NCBI GenBank assembly: GCA_002729095.1
Contig: PBWC01000058.1
Coordinates: 30,931-94,828 of the forward strand
Source: Methanobacteriota archaeon
GTDB taxonomy: Archaea; Thermoplasmatota; Poseidoniia; Poseidoniales; Poseidoniaceae
Direction: 5' to 3'
Length of the DNA: 63,898 nt
The translations under genes and the position numbers were made by a program. Shown here piece after piece: positions 38,218 through 48,000 of this stretch. Positions within the stretch are counted from its first letter, which is position 1. Each line of letters begins with the position of its first letter. The notes under the pieces are model-generated. The model worked only from the letters and a program-made list of their open reading frames with translations. It was not told the origin of the DNA and searched no databases.

Positions 38218-39483
38218 ATGCACATCGCAATGATTGCTGGAGAATACCCTCCTAGATGGGGAGGTATCGGTTCAGTAGTTTTTCACTTGGCTGGACATTT
38301 AGCATCATGTGGAAATGAAGTGAGCATTATTACTAGATCACACAAAGTCAACCCTCCTGGACAATCCGGGGTCAATGTTATCCAAGTACCTTGGTTAAAA
38401 TTACCAATGGCTTTTACTCGCTCATATGCAAAAAATGCTCTAAAGGCATTGAAAAAATTGCATCGAAATAAAAAGGTAGATGTTGTACACATTCACCTAC
38501 CGCTTGCCTCTTTTTCAAGGAAGGAGTTTAGGTTAATTGAACAAAATATCGCCCCAATATGTTCATCATTGCACGGTTCATGGCTAGGTGAAAAGCAAGG
38601 AGTGATTAGAGCCTCCAAAGCCAAAGAGTCGGCTACTTGGAGGAATCCCAATGACCTAGCTATACGACTAACTGCTAAATATTATTCAAAATTTGAACGA
38701 GCAGGAATTTTAGAATCAAGCATTTCGGTTGCCAATTCTCAATCTACACTTAATGAATTCAAGAATTGGTATCAACCTAGTAGGGATTTTAATTCAGATG
38801 TTGTGTTATGGGGTTGTGATCACAAAGTCTTCAGGCCCCCCAATCAGGATGACGAAGAGGAACAATTGAATCACGAGAAAATTAGAACAATGTATGACTG
38901 TGCTGATGAGTTGGCGCTAAGTTATCAACCGGACACGCAAACCCCAATGATTCTTGCTGTTGGTAGGTTGGTGGCTAGAAAGGGATATATGACTTTGATT
39001 AGGTCAATGCCAAAAATTCTAGAGCAAAATCCTGGCGCTAGATTAGTAATTATTGGACGTGGTCATATGAAGAAGAGTTTAATGAAAAACGCAAAAAAGC
39101 TGGGTATAGAACATGCTATATTTATCCGAAGTAGCATGTCATTCGAAGATTTATCACAACATTTCCGGTCCGCTGACCTGGTAGTTTATCCTTCATACTA
39201 TGAGGGTCAAGGCCTTATCCCGCTGGAATCGTTAGCCAGTGGAACTCCAGTAGTTACTGTGGACCAAGCGCCATTAACTGAAATGGTAGATATGTCCGTT
39301 GGCGACCTTTTCCAATCCGGCGATAGTGATGATTTAGCTAAGTCGGTTTGTAGGATTCTTGATCAGCCTCAACAAAGAGTTGAAAAGGCAAAAGCCGGAA
39401 GGGAAAGGGTACTTTCAAAATATACTTATGAGCATAACTCTGAAGATTTTCTGAGAATATACCGGTCAATTGTTAAAAATTAG
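38218..39483 (+). CDS. Family 4 (GT-B) glycosyltransferase
   Basis: N-terminal MIAGEYPPRWGGIG and the C-terminal EX7E-type motif YPSYYEGQGLIPLESLASGTPVV. Divergent from the GT2 gene. Confidence 0.85.
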   Translation: MHIAMIAGEYPPRWGGIGSVVFHLAGHLASCGNEVSIITRSHKVNPPGQSGVNVIQVPWLKLPMAFTRSYAKNALKALKKLHRNKKVDVVHIHLPLASFSRKEFRLIEQNIAPICSSLHGSWLGEKQGVIRASKAKESATWRNPNDLAIRLTAKYYSKFERAGILESSISVANSQSTLNEFKNWYQPSRDFNSDVVLWGCDHKVFRPPNQDDEEEQLNHEKIRTMYDCADELALSYQPDTQTPMILAVGRLVARKGYMTLIRSMPKILEQNPGARLVIIGRGHMKKSLMKNAKKLGIEHAIFIRSSMSFEDLSQHFRSADLVVYPSYYEGQGLIPLESLASGTPVVTVDQAPLTEMVDMSVGDLFQSGDSDDLAKSVCRILDQPQQRVEKAKAGRERVLSKYTYEHNSEDFLRIYRSIVKN

Positions 39484-39554
39484 ATTAACTTTCAAATTTG
39501 TTTCAGTAATGCTTCGAGGCGGGTATTTGATAGGTAACATGCCAATTCGCTACC

Positions 39555-42134
39555 ATGGGCGCGAAGCGTTTCATGGTGCTGGCTCTGGCCGCGTTAATGA
39601 TTAGTTTCACACCTCCTGTTTCTGCAGATGACACACTCCAGAGTGCAAGTATTCTAACCGAAGGGGTTTCGTCAAGCGGTTATGTTTGCTATGATGATGG
39701 TTGTTCTCCAACTGATCAGACGGACTGGTGGAAAGTCTATGCTTACAAAGGAGATATTGTAGAGATATCATTTTCAGGGACTCTTCCAAATCCAAGCCTA
39801 GTTTGTATTTGGGGTGATGGTTGGGAAGGAGATTATTCAATCCATGATTCATCAGGCTCACAAATAGCATCACTGGCTCTTAGTGATGACAACCCAACTG
39901 GTACGTTGAGTAAAACAATGCCAAGTGCAGATTGGGTATATGTCAAGATTAAGGGCAAAGATAGTTGGTGTAATGATGCAATTCAATACACTCTTACCGC
40001 TTCAATCGATTCAGGAGATAGAGACACAGACGAAGACGGCTTTATTGATTCTGAAGATGACTGTGATACAGTTCAAGGTACTTCAATTTTTGATCGCAAA
40101 GGATGTATTGATTCAGATTCTGACGGCTATTCAAATCCTGAAACTGGGTGGGGCACAAATAATGGAGCAGATGCCTTTGAGAACGAACCAACTCAGTGGC
40201 AAGATACTGACAATGATGGGTTTGGCGACAATGTAGACGGCTTTCAAGGTGATTTTTGTCCTTACAAAAGAGGTTATTCAACATTAGACAGATATGGATG
40301 TCTAGACAATGATGGCGATGGCTATTCTGATGCAGACCCCGGAGGTTTAGATGGAATCACAGAATGGTTTGCTCATCCCGTCGGACTTGCTGACGCATTC
40401 CCTTACGACAATACTCAATGGACTGATACTGACGGCGATGGATACGGCGATAATTGGGAAGACCCTGAGTGGAATGAAACTCACCAAGCATGGGGCATTG
40501 GCCAATGGTTATTCAATGCCTCAACTCCAGATGCTTGTCCTTTCATAACCGGCACATCATCCTCTGATAGGTATGGTTGTACAGATTCTGATGGAGATAG
40601 TTTCTCGGACGGTGATCTAAATTGGACAGTTGTTAATGGTTCAGATGCATTCCCTAATGAACCATCTCAATGGACTGATAGAGATTACGATGGGTGGGGA
40701 GATAACCAAACCTTTGGGGCTTTATTCATAGATGATTTCCCAGATAATCCCACACAGTGGCGAGATACTGACAAGGATGGCTGGGGCGATAACCAAACCT
40801 ATGGAGCAACCCAAATCGATGATTTCCCATTCATACCATCGCAGTATAGAGATACTGATGGAGATGGTTATGGCGATAATATCTTTGGTTTTGAAGGAGA
40901 TGTGTGTGTATTTTCAACACCCGAGGAGGTAGAATCTGGTTGGATTTCAATGTTTGACCGGTTGGGATGTAGAGATGTAGATATGGATGGTTACTCCAAC
41001 CCTACCGATGATTGGATAGCACATCCGGATGGATTTGCTGATGCTTTCCCAGAAGAAAGAAGTCAATGGCATGATACTGATTCCGATGGATTCGGAGATA
41101 ATATGGAATATTTCGATGGTCAAACTTGGCGAGAGTCGTTCAGAGGCGATGGTTGTAGAACTACAGTTGGGTCATCGACATTCGATAGATGGGGTTGCCC
41201 TGATACTGATTTGGATGGATGGTCTGATTCAACCTCAACTTGGTTAGCAAGTCCTGGTGGCTCAGGCGATGCGTGGCCAGAAGACCCAACTCAGTGGCAT
41301 GATAGGGATGGAGACGGTAGAGGAGACAATCCACAAGGAACTACTGCTGACGTTTGTCCAGATAATGCTGGCACATCAGTAGGTCCCGCAGAAGGTGGCG
41401 ATCGGTGGGGCTGCATAGACACAGATGGTGATGGCTGGTCAGATTTAGGAGATTCATTCATCCATGAACCAACCCAATGGAGAGATAGCGACGGTGATGG
41501 ATTTGGAGACTCAATTAGTGGAAATCAAGGAGACGCCTGTCCAGAATTAAGAGGTACGTCCTTACTAGACCGACTCGGTTGTCGAGATACCGATGGAGAT
41601 GGCTGGTCAGATCCTACAGATTCATGGTTGGCTCATCCGTTCGGTTTAGCAGATTCTTTCCCCAATGAAGCATTGCAGTGGCGTGATAGTGATGGTGATG
41701 GATTTGGCGACGTTGCTTTAGGATCTATGAGAGATGATTGCCCTAATGAAGCAGGAGATTCAATTAGAGATTTACAAGGATGTCCTGACGCTAATGGAGA
41801 CGGTTGGTCAGATGATTATGGAGCCTTAAAATCGGCAATTGCTATTTTGGGAGAAGACCCTGCAGCGTCTTGGCTAACTTACCTAGTTATAGGGTTAGGA
41901 TTCATTGTTGGGGCTTTACTTGCATTGATAGTCAAGATAGCAAGGTCCGATGATGAATTGACAGAGGAAGAAATGTTCGATTCTAAACAGCCAGTAGACT
42001 TTGAATCCTTAACTGAAGAAAATATCTCTGATAACGGTATGATTCCGTTAGATCAGTTACCTCCACTCCCTCTGCCTGAAAATCCAGAATCTGTAAACTC
42101 ACAAGTTGCTCAAGGTGGTGAATTAGATGCTTGA
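39555..42134 (+). CDS. Surface-anchored protein: N-terminal pre-peptidase-C-terminal-like (PPC) beta domain, long Cys-containing TSP3-like repeat array, TM helix, Pro-rich tail
   Basis: Signal peptide (ALAALMISFTPPVSA) and a PPC-like segment DQTDWWKVYAYKGDIVEISF. Iterated unit RxGCxDxDGDGxSDxxDxWxxxPxGxADAFPxxxTQWxDxDGDGxGDN. TM helix LVIGLGFIVGALLALIV and the tail motif QLPPLPLPENPE. Confidence 0.8.
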   Translation: MGAKRFMVLALAALMISFTPPVSADDTLQSASILTEGVSSSGYVCYDDGCSPTDQTDWWKVYAYKGDIVEISFSGTLPNPSLVCIWGDGWEGDYSIHDSSGSQIASLALSDDNPTGTLSKTMPSADWVYVKIKGKDSWCNDAIQYTLTASIDSGDRDTDEDGFIDSEDDCDTVQGTSIFDRKGCIDSDSDGYSNPETGWGTNNGADAFENEPTQWQDTDNDGFGDNVDGFQGDFCPYKRGYSTLDRYGCLDNDGDGYSDADPGGLDGITEWFAHPVGLADAFPYDNTQWTDTDGDGYGDNWEDPEWNETHQAWGIGQWLFNASTPDACPFITGTSSSDRYGCTDSDGDSFSDGDLNWTVVNGSDAFPNEPSQWTDRDYDGWGDNQTFGALFIDDFPDNPTQWRDTDKDGWGDNQTYGATQIDDFPFIPSQYRDTDGDGYGDNIFGFEGDVCVFSTPEEVESGWISMFDRLGCRDVDMDGYSNPTDDWIAHPDGFADAFPEERSQWHDTDSDGFGDNMEYFDGQTWRESFRGDGCRTTVGSSTFDRWGCPDTDLDGWSDSTSTWLASPGGSGDAWPEDPTQWHDRDGDGRGDNPQGTTADVCPDNAGTSVGPAEGGDRWGCIDTDGDGWSDLGDSFIHEPTQWRDSDGDGFGDSISGNQGDACPELRGTSLLDRLGCRDTDGDGWSDPTDSWLAHPFGLADSFPNEALQWRDSDGDGFGDVALGSMRDDCPNEAGDSIRDLQGCPDANGDGWSDDYGALKSAIAILGEDPAASWLTYLVIGLGFIVGALLALIVKIARSDDELTEEEMFDSKQPVDFESLTEENISDNGMIPLDQLPPLPLPENPESVNSQVAQGGELDA
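40017..41820 (+). repeat. TSP3-like Ca-binding repeat array (about 50-60 aa super-repeat containing a Cys pair) within the CDS
   Basis: Repeat units read directly from the translation. Near-identical 20-nt modules (e.g. gatggagatggttatggcgataa) recur here and in the 45065..51265 gene. Confidence 0.85.
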
Positions 42135-43446
42135 AAACCGTTTGGCAAAGGCGTTATTCATGCTCTCTGTACTTTCTTTCTCACTTCTGATACCTCAATT
42201 TACAGGTAGTGTTGTTGCAGAAGGCGATGATGAAGAGGAAGACCCCCTCGCTGAGGCTGGTTTGACTTTAGTAGCACTTAGAAATGATACATTAGATACT
42301 AATCAAGATGGCGATATAGATGCTGTCAGAATAGTTGTTGTAATGTCTACGGAAGAATTCGTTAACCTTGAATTGAGATTATTTGGTGAGCACAAAGATA
42401 GGCAGGTTGTTGAATCACAAATAATGTCCTTTTCCGGACAATCTAATGCCAGTTTGACTTATGATTCATGGGCTTATGGAGAACATGAATTGGAATTAGC
42501 AATCATTGATGAGTCGGGCGAAGAGATTACTTCAATTGAATTGCCTACATATATTCTAACTCCAGCATTAAAAACACCAAGAATAATGCTCGCACTCAAT
42601 GCGCCTGAAAGGATTGAGACAGGAGATCAGTGTACTATCAATCGTATATTTGATGATGAAACTGGACCAAGGTATGGTGCAGAAGGAATTCGTACATTTT
42701 CAGGAGCCCCATTTACGGTTCTTGACTCTCAAGAAGTTCTAGATTGTTCTAGGTGGCCTGCAGGAGATTATACCTTGAGAGAAACCTACCGTAATGATTT
42801 ATCTCAAACTACTGAGGATTGGCTTAACCTGACTATCTACAACCGTCCAGCGCCGGCCTTCTCATTGACCACTAAAGGAAATGGAAATTCTACCGATACT
42901 GAATGTTCAATCACAATGACTCCTGATTCTAATTTAATAGACTTCACACCTTTCGTAAAAATTTGGAGAATTCAAGGAATTGCTGTTGAAAACTCTAATT
43001 CTTCTGTATATGATTGCTCAGCACTTTCTGCTGGAGTTCACCTGATTTCTCTTGAGGTGATAAACAATGAATTGATTCATACAATTCATGCAGTTAACAT
43101 TATCAGGATACCAGGCCTAAATTTGACCGAAGAAGAGGCGGAAAAACTTCCGTCGCGTTCATTTGGAGATGACACTCCTACCGAATCAGTGGGATGGATT
43201 TCAATAGGAATTCTCTGCTTTGTTATAGCATTATTATCATTCATTTTCCTAGTCAGGGTAAAAGATGAAGATGAAGTATTACAGATGAGAGATTTAGGTC
43301 CAAAACCAATGATTTTGCCAGATGGTTCTCCTGACTCTGAAGGCCTCCCAACTACAGTAGATGATGAAGGTGTACTTTGGAGACAACATCCAGACGGAAG
43401 TCATGATTGGTGGGATAAAGACCTCAGAATCTGGAATAGGTGGTGA
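42127..43446 (+). CDS. Secreted, TM-anchored hypothetical protein with a WW-like Trp-rich cytoplasmic C-terminus
   Basis: Its ATG overlaps the upstream stop (ATGCTTGA). Signal peptide LFMLSVLSFSLLIPQFTGSVVA, TM helix WISIGILCFVIALLSFIFLV and the tail ...LPTTVDDEGVLWRQHPDGSHDWWDKDLRIWNRW. Confidence 0.65.
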   Translation: MLENRLAKALFMLSVLSFSLLIPQFTGSVVAEGDDEEEDPLAEAGLTLVALRNDTLDTNQDGDIDAVRIVVVMSTEEFVNLELRLFGEHKDRQVVESQIMSFSGQSNASLTYDSWAYGEHELELAIIDESGEEITSIELPTYILTPALKTPRIMLALNAPERIETGDQCTINRIFDDETGPRYGAEGIRTFSGAPFTVLDSQEVLDCSRWPAGDYTLRETYRNDLSQTTEDWLNLTIYNRPAPAFSLTTKGNGNSTDTECSITMTPDSNLIDFTPFVKIWRIQGIAVENSNSSVYDCSALSAGVHLISLEVINNELIHTIHAVNIIRIPGLNLTEEEAEKLPSRSFGDDTPTESVGWISIGILCFVIALLSFIFLVRVKDEDEVLQMRDLGPKPMILPDGSPDSEGLPTTVDDEGVLWRQHPDGSHDWWDKDLRIWNRW

Positions 43447-43459
43447 AGCACTGGATTTT

Positions 43460-44347
43460 ATGGGTTTCAGTTTATTTGGTAGTTTTTGGTCTGTATTGCT
43501 TACATTCTCTGCTGTATTCATCTTGACATGCTTGATAATTTGGATGATTAAGGTCTATCCAAAGAAACCAAGGACAGGAGTGGAGTGGAATTCTGATTGT
43601 GAATTTCTATCAAAAGCAATAATTGAAGGTGATGATATTACATTTTACAATGTAAGGGATTTCTTCTGGCGAACAACAAAAGATAGAGATGAAAAGTGGG
43701 ATGAAAAGGTAAAAGTTAACGTCAATGAAATCAAAGATGTTTGGTTTGTCGTCGACCATTTCCACAAAATTCACGGTCTAGCTCACACATTTTTAACCGT
43801 AGAATTTAATGACGGAACATGCCTTTCATTCTCTTTTGAAGCAAGGAGGATCAAAGGACAAAGATATCATCCCTGGGATGGTATGTGGCGAAATTATGAG
43901 TTATACCTACTAGTTGGACATGAGAGGGATCTTCTAGGTCTTAGGACTAATGCTAGGGGAAACAAAGATTACATGTTTAGAGCGATAACTCCTCCAGGGA
44001 AAGAGAAAGAATTACTATTTGGACTTGCTAAAAGCGTAAATTCACTTACCGATGATCCAATTTGGTATCATTCAATACTCACTACATGTAATACTTCAAT
44101 AGTTAAATTAGTCAACAAGGTAACTCCGGGAAGGATACCATTTTTCCTTAGAAATTTCTTACCGGGGTACACTCCTAAAGTTGCGTTTAAATTAGCATTA
44201 ATAGAGGATTGGGGCGGATTTGATAACACTTTAAACAAGGCTAGGATTGATGAAAAGGCAATGCTCTGGGATGGGGAAGGAGATTATTCAAAGATGATTA
44301 GATCTCATCTTCCGGCAAAAAAATCATCTACTTCTGAAAACCAATAA
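43460..44347 (+). CDS. DUF4105 (Lnb N-terminal domain-like) membrane-anchored protein
   Basis: Started at ATG 43460, 14 nt after the previous stop. N-terminal TM helix. The core GLAHTFLTVEFNDGTCLSFSFEARRIKGQRYHPWDGMWRNYELYLLVGHERDLLGLRTNARG resembles the DUF4105 conserved block. Confidence 0.55.
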   Translation: MGFSLFGSFWSVLLTFSAVFILTCLIIWMIKVYPKKPRTGVEWNSDCEFLSKAIIEGDDITFYNVRDFFWRTTKDRDEKWDEKVKVNVNEIKDVWFVVDHFHKIHGLAHTFLTVEFNDGTCLSFSFEARRIKGQRYHPWDGMWRNYELYLLVGHERDLLGLRTNARGNKDYMFRAITPPGKEKELLFGLAKSVNSLTDDPIWYHSILTTCNTSIVKLVNKVTPGRIPFFLRNFLPGYTPKVAFKLALIEDWGGFDNTLNKARIDEKAMLWDGEGDYSKMIRSHLPAKKSSTSENQ

Positions 44348-44944
44348 CATTCCATTATTACATGAAATTGTAATGGTCGCATCGTTTGCTAGGTTATGTA
44401 ATCCTCTTGAATTCGGAGTCAATTTTTCATTACTTAATTGCCATTTGCCACCGGACACATTTACCCCGTCACAATCACCAATTGCAAAGATAGAAAATTC
44501 CTTTTCCTTTTCTATAGAAAGTTTTACTCTGCCATTTTTTACCATGGAAACTATGCTATCGCTCAAGTGTATGTAACATTCAACTTCAGTCTCAAATAAG
44601 CACCAGTAAGAAGCAAATTGATGTTGGTTACTGCCACCTTCGACACCAATAATATTAATCCTATCAGCACCAATTTCACTACTGAAATTGATTGCTTTTT
44701 GTAAATCATTATTATTTTGATCATCCAATTTCCGGACTTCAATACCCATTTTGGATAATTCAGCGAGAGTGGTGTTTTCTAAGCTATCCATATCACCGAT
44801 TACATAATCAACATTAATTGAAGCGTCTAAACATCGTTCTACAGCACCATCACAAGCTATGATTTTGTCACTTGAATCGATTAAATCATTTACCAGGTTT
44901 CGCTCTGGTAGATCCGAGTTTCCTATGATCAGCACTCTTACCAT
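44324..44944 (-). CDS. Thiamine pyrophosphokinase
   Basis: The motifs IIACDGA, DYVIGDMDS, DDQNNNDLQKAI and GVEGGSNQH, plus a C-terminal thiamine-binding beta domain, match the TPK layout. Confidence 0.75.
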   Translation of the reverse strand: MVRVLIIGNSDLPERNLVNDLIDSSDKIIACDGAVERCLDASINVDYVIGDMDSLENTTLAELSKMGIEVRKLDDQNNNDLQKAINFSSEIGADRINIIGVEGGSNQHQFASYWCLFETEVECYIHLSDSIVSMVKNGRVKLSIEKEKEFSIFAIGDCDGVNVSGGKWQLSNEKLTPNSRGLHNLANDATITISCNNGMLLVFRSR

Positions 44945-44995
44945 ATACCTCGCAATAATTTATCATTTGTCAAGGATTCTACTCAATGTGAGATT

Positions 44996-45014
44996 TGACC
45001 CCCTACGGGGGTCA
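44996..45014. promoter_or_regulatory. GC-rich perfect hairpin/palindrome TGACCCCC-TAC-GGGGGTCA in an AT-rich divergent intergenic region
   Basis: An 8-bp perfect stem with a 3-nt loop, read directly. It sits 51 nt upstream of the giant FG-GAP gene ATG and 52 nt upstream of the TPK ATG. An AT-rich TATA-like stretch (ataattacacaagtattttt) lies between it and ATG 45065. Confidence 0.3.
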
Positions 45015-45064
45015 GTAGGATAATTACACAAGTATTTTTGAAGTGTTCGCGCTGTCGTAAGTCT

Positions 45065-48000
45065 ATGGCGAGGGTCTCAACACTTAGAAACTCGCTAATT
45101 CCCGTGTTGATTGTTACTTTATTTTTGTTTCAATCAATGACTCCAGTTATCACTACAAATCCTAAAATCGAACAACCTTTAGAAGAACCTAATGTCAAGT
45201 TCAGCAACCCATTTGTAAACGAAAATAGTACTTTTTACGGCCATGATTTTGCTGGCTCCCAAATTTCCATTGATGGATTAATTGACGCCCAAGTTCGCTA
45301 TGAATCGGCACTTGATATGTGGCATAGTCATGTTGTTCTCAATGCTTACAACCAAACTCCGGGTACACCAGATATCGAATTTACCGGCTATCAGCAATTA
45401 GAGATGTGTTGGAGTACTATGGAAGGCCAAGTTAGAACAATGTCAAGAAATATTTCAGGTTTTGAGACCTTAATGCACGTTGATGATGTTTCAAGTTATG
45501 AATCGGCAGATGATATTGTTGATTGTGCACTGTCCGTGAAGAAAAATGGCAGAAAAACCCTACTTTACGCCGACGGAAATAATCTCAAAGCGGCTCAAAT
45601 AGCCCTTCAAAGTTCATTATATACAGCCGGAGACTCTTGGCATACCCGAACTATTCTAGAGAATGTCAATCCTACGCATATCGAACTTGAGGTGACATCA
45701 TCAGATTTAGAATGGGGGGTTTTTAGAAATGATGCTGGGCAATTGTTTGAGGTCAGTTATACTGGAACTTACTGGACTACTAGACTTCTGGACAACGGAC
45801 CTATTGGGGAAGATTTAGAGTTACATATCGATGAAAATAATTTAGTTAGTCTACTATATGTAAAATCGGATGATGTAATTTTGTTGAATATTGACTCCAC
45901 AGTTAACGGCACAATATCTCATGAAATAATTTTCACTGACCAAGAGGTAGGTCCACAAGTAGGATTAGACTTTGATGACTCAGGTTTAATTCAGTTATCA
46001 TCATCAACTTTTGATGGCTCAGATTCATCTATTTTCATCAAGCGAAGCCTAGCAAATAATAAGAATCAGATAGGTCCAAATCCAATCCACTCTTTGGCTA
46101 CTGATACAGTCAACGAAACATCCGGAGAATTGGCTTACGGAGATTTCAATAATGATGGATTTAGTGATCTTGTGATTTCTCAACCTCATATAGATACTTG
46201 GACTTCTTCAGATGATTCGATCAATTCTCCGATTGGAACTCTAAATGGTAAAGTAGACGTTTACCACGGTTCACTAAATGGCATTTCAATTACTCCAAAT
46301 TTGACTTATTATGGAGAACAAGATTATCAGAAAATGGGACAAGGTCTTACCGTTGGAGATTTCAATGGAGATAGTTTTAGTGACCTCGTAGTTGGCTCTC
46401 CTGGATTTAATCAGGAAGATGGAAAAATAGATGTTTATTTTGGCTCACCATCAGGCCTTGCTAGCCAACCCGAAACCATCGCCAGTGTTTCATCGCCACC
46501 TGAAATTGGACAGAAATATGGTTTAAGTTTGGATAAGATTGACGATTTAGACGGAGACGGAATTGATGAGTTACTTATTTTATCGCTTGGAGATAACGGC
46601 TTAGGGGAATTAACTCTGTTCCATGGTTCAGAACAAAGCGATGGTTGGGGTTTATTGCAATCACCCTCTAGTATCACTCAAGGGGCTTTCTTCGGTCGTT
46701 CTATTTCAGTTTCAGGTGATATCAACAACGACGGATTTAATGATTTAGTGGTCGGTAACACTGGTTCTTTGAACAGTCCTTCAGGTTATTCTGCAGTCGA
46801 AATTTTCCACGGTAATTCAAATGGTTTTTCTTTAGAATGTGATAAATCATTCCAATCTAATTTGCAAGCAACTTTATTTGGCTATGAAGTTGAAATTGTT
46901 TCAGATATTAACGGTGACAACTTTGATGATGTTTTGATTTCTGAACCTTACAATAGCTCTAATGCATATCGTAGTGGAATGGTTTGGGTATTCTATGGTA
47001 ATTCAACAGGAGTTGCCAATCAACCTGACATGGTAATTTCCGGACAGATTAATCAACTAATTGGAATTAATATCCTCTCGGCTGGAGATACAAATTCAGA
47101 TGGATTTAATGACGTCCTAATTTCGCACTCAGGGTCACAACTTACGGGAACAGTTGAATTATATCTAGGCTCTCAAACAGGTTTAGAAAATCAGCATTAT
47201 ACTGTATCAGATGGTGGCGGTAATATTTCTATTAATGCTGCTTATGGAGCAGATTTTGATGGAGATGGAATTGGGGAATTTGTCTTTAGTCAAGAAATAC
47301 CCAGCCAGTCCAATTCTCACATACTGAACTACTATATCCATACAAGAAATCTTTGGGAAAATAAGAACTTTTCAGTATCTGGAGAATTAGTTTCAATGGA
47401 TTTAGAAGTTTCTTATAATGGCAAAACTAGTGTTTTAGTTTCTTCTTTGAATCAAGGGGCGATTGAAACCACGCTTTTTGATAACGCATATGACGGCTCC
47501 TCCTCGGGAGAATGGATTGACCATTCTTTAACTGACTTTAGTCTCAGTAACGTCTTTTCATCGATTGCGGTTTCTCCTACTGGTTTGCCCTATGTAGTTA
47601 TGTCCGATCCGTCTAATGGGGTTGTTCTCAGAACTCCTAAAGCCATGACTGCATTGGAGTACAGTGTTCAAACATTAGGTACGACACCTGAATATATCGG
47701 GCATAACCTCGATTCATACGATCAGCAACACATCGCTTATTCAACCAATGGCAATACCCAAATTTACCTAAATGTTGAAACCCCTTCAGGCTGGACATCT
47801 GACAATGTCAGGAACTCAATTCTGATTGAATCGCCTATAGATGTACTTACTAGTATCAATAATTCAACTCACTTAATATACAGAAATTCTATCAACAATC
47901 AAATTGAATACGCATCCAATATCAATGGATGGAATATTGTTACTTTAGGGCAATCTGGAAGAGCTGTTTCACAATCACATTCTGCAATTTGGCTACCGAA

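Noticed and set aside
38113-38223. N-terminal 37-codon extension of the GT2 ORF
   Set aside because: The Cys-rich, non-conserved extension would overlap the divergent GT4 start region. MADLLPVTVTVILPTRNE is the typical GT2 N-terminus.
39607-41247. Multiple short alternative-frame ORFs within the 39555..42134 gene
   Set aside because: These are the same repeat-driven artefact. The in-frame 859-aa product has a signal peptide, coherent repeats and a TM anchor.
43361-43459. N-terminal extension of the DUF4105-like ORF overlapping the end of 42127..43446
   Set aside because: The extension lies in an alternative frame of the upstream gene's tail. ATG 43460, 14 nt after that gene's stop, precedes a clear TM helix.
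45038-45064. TTG start at 45038 for the giant protein
   Set aside because: ATG 45065 gives a standard basic-then-hydrophobic signal peptide, whereas the upstream 9 codons (MKCSRCRKS) add nothing recognisable. This remains uncertain without N-terminal or TSS data.
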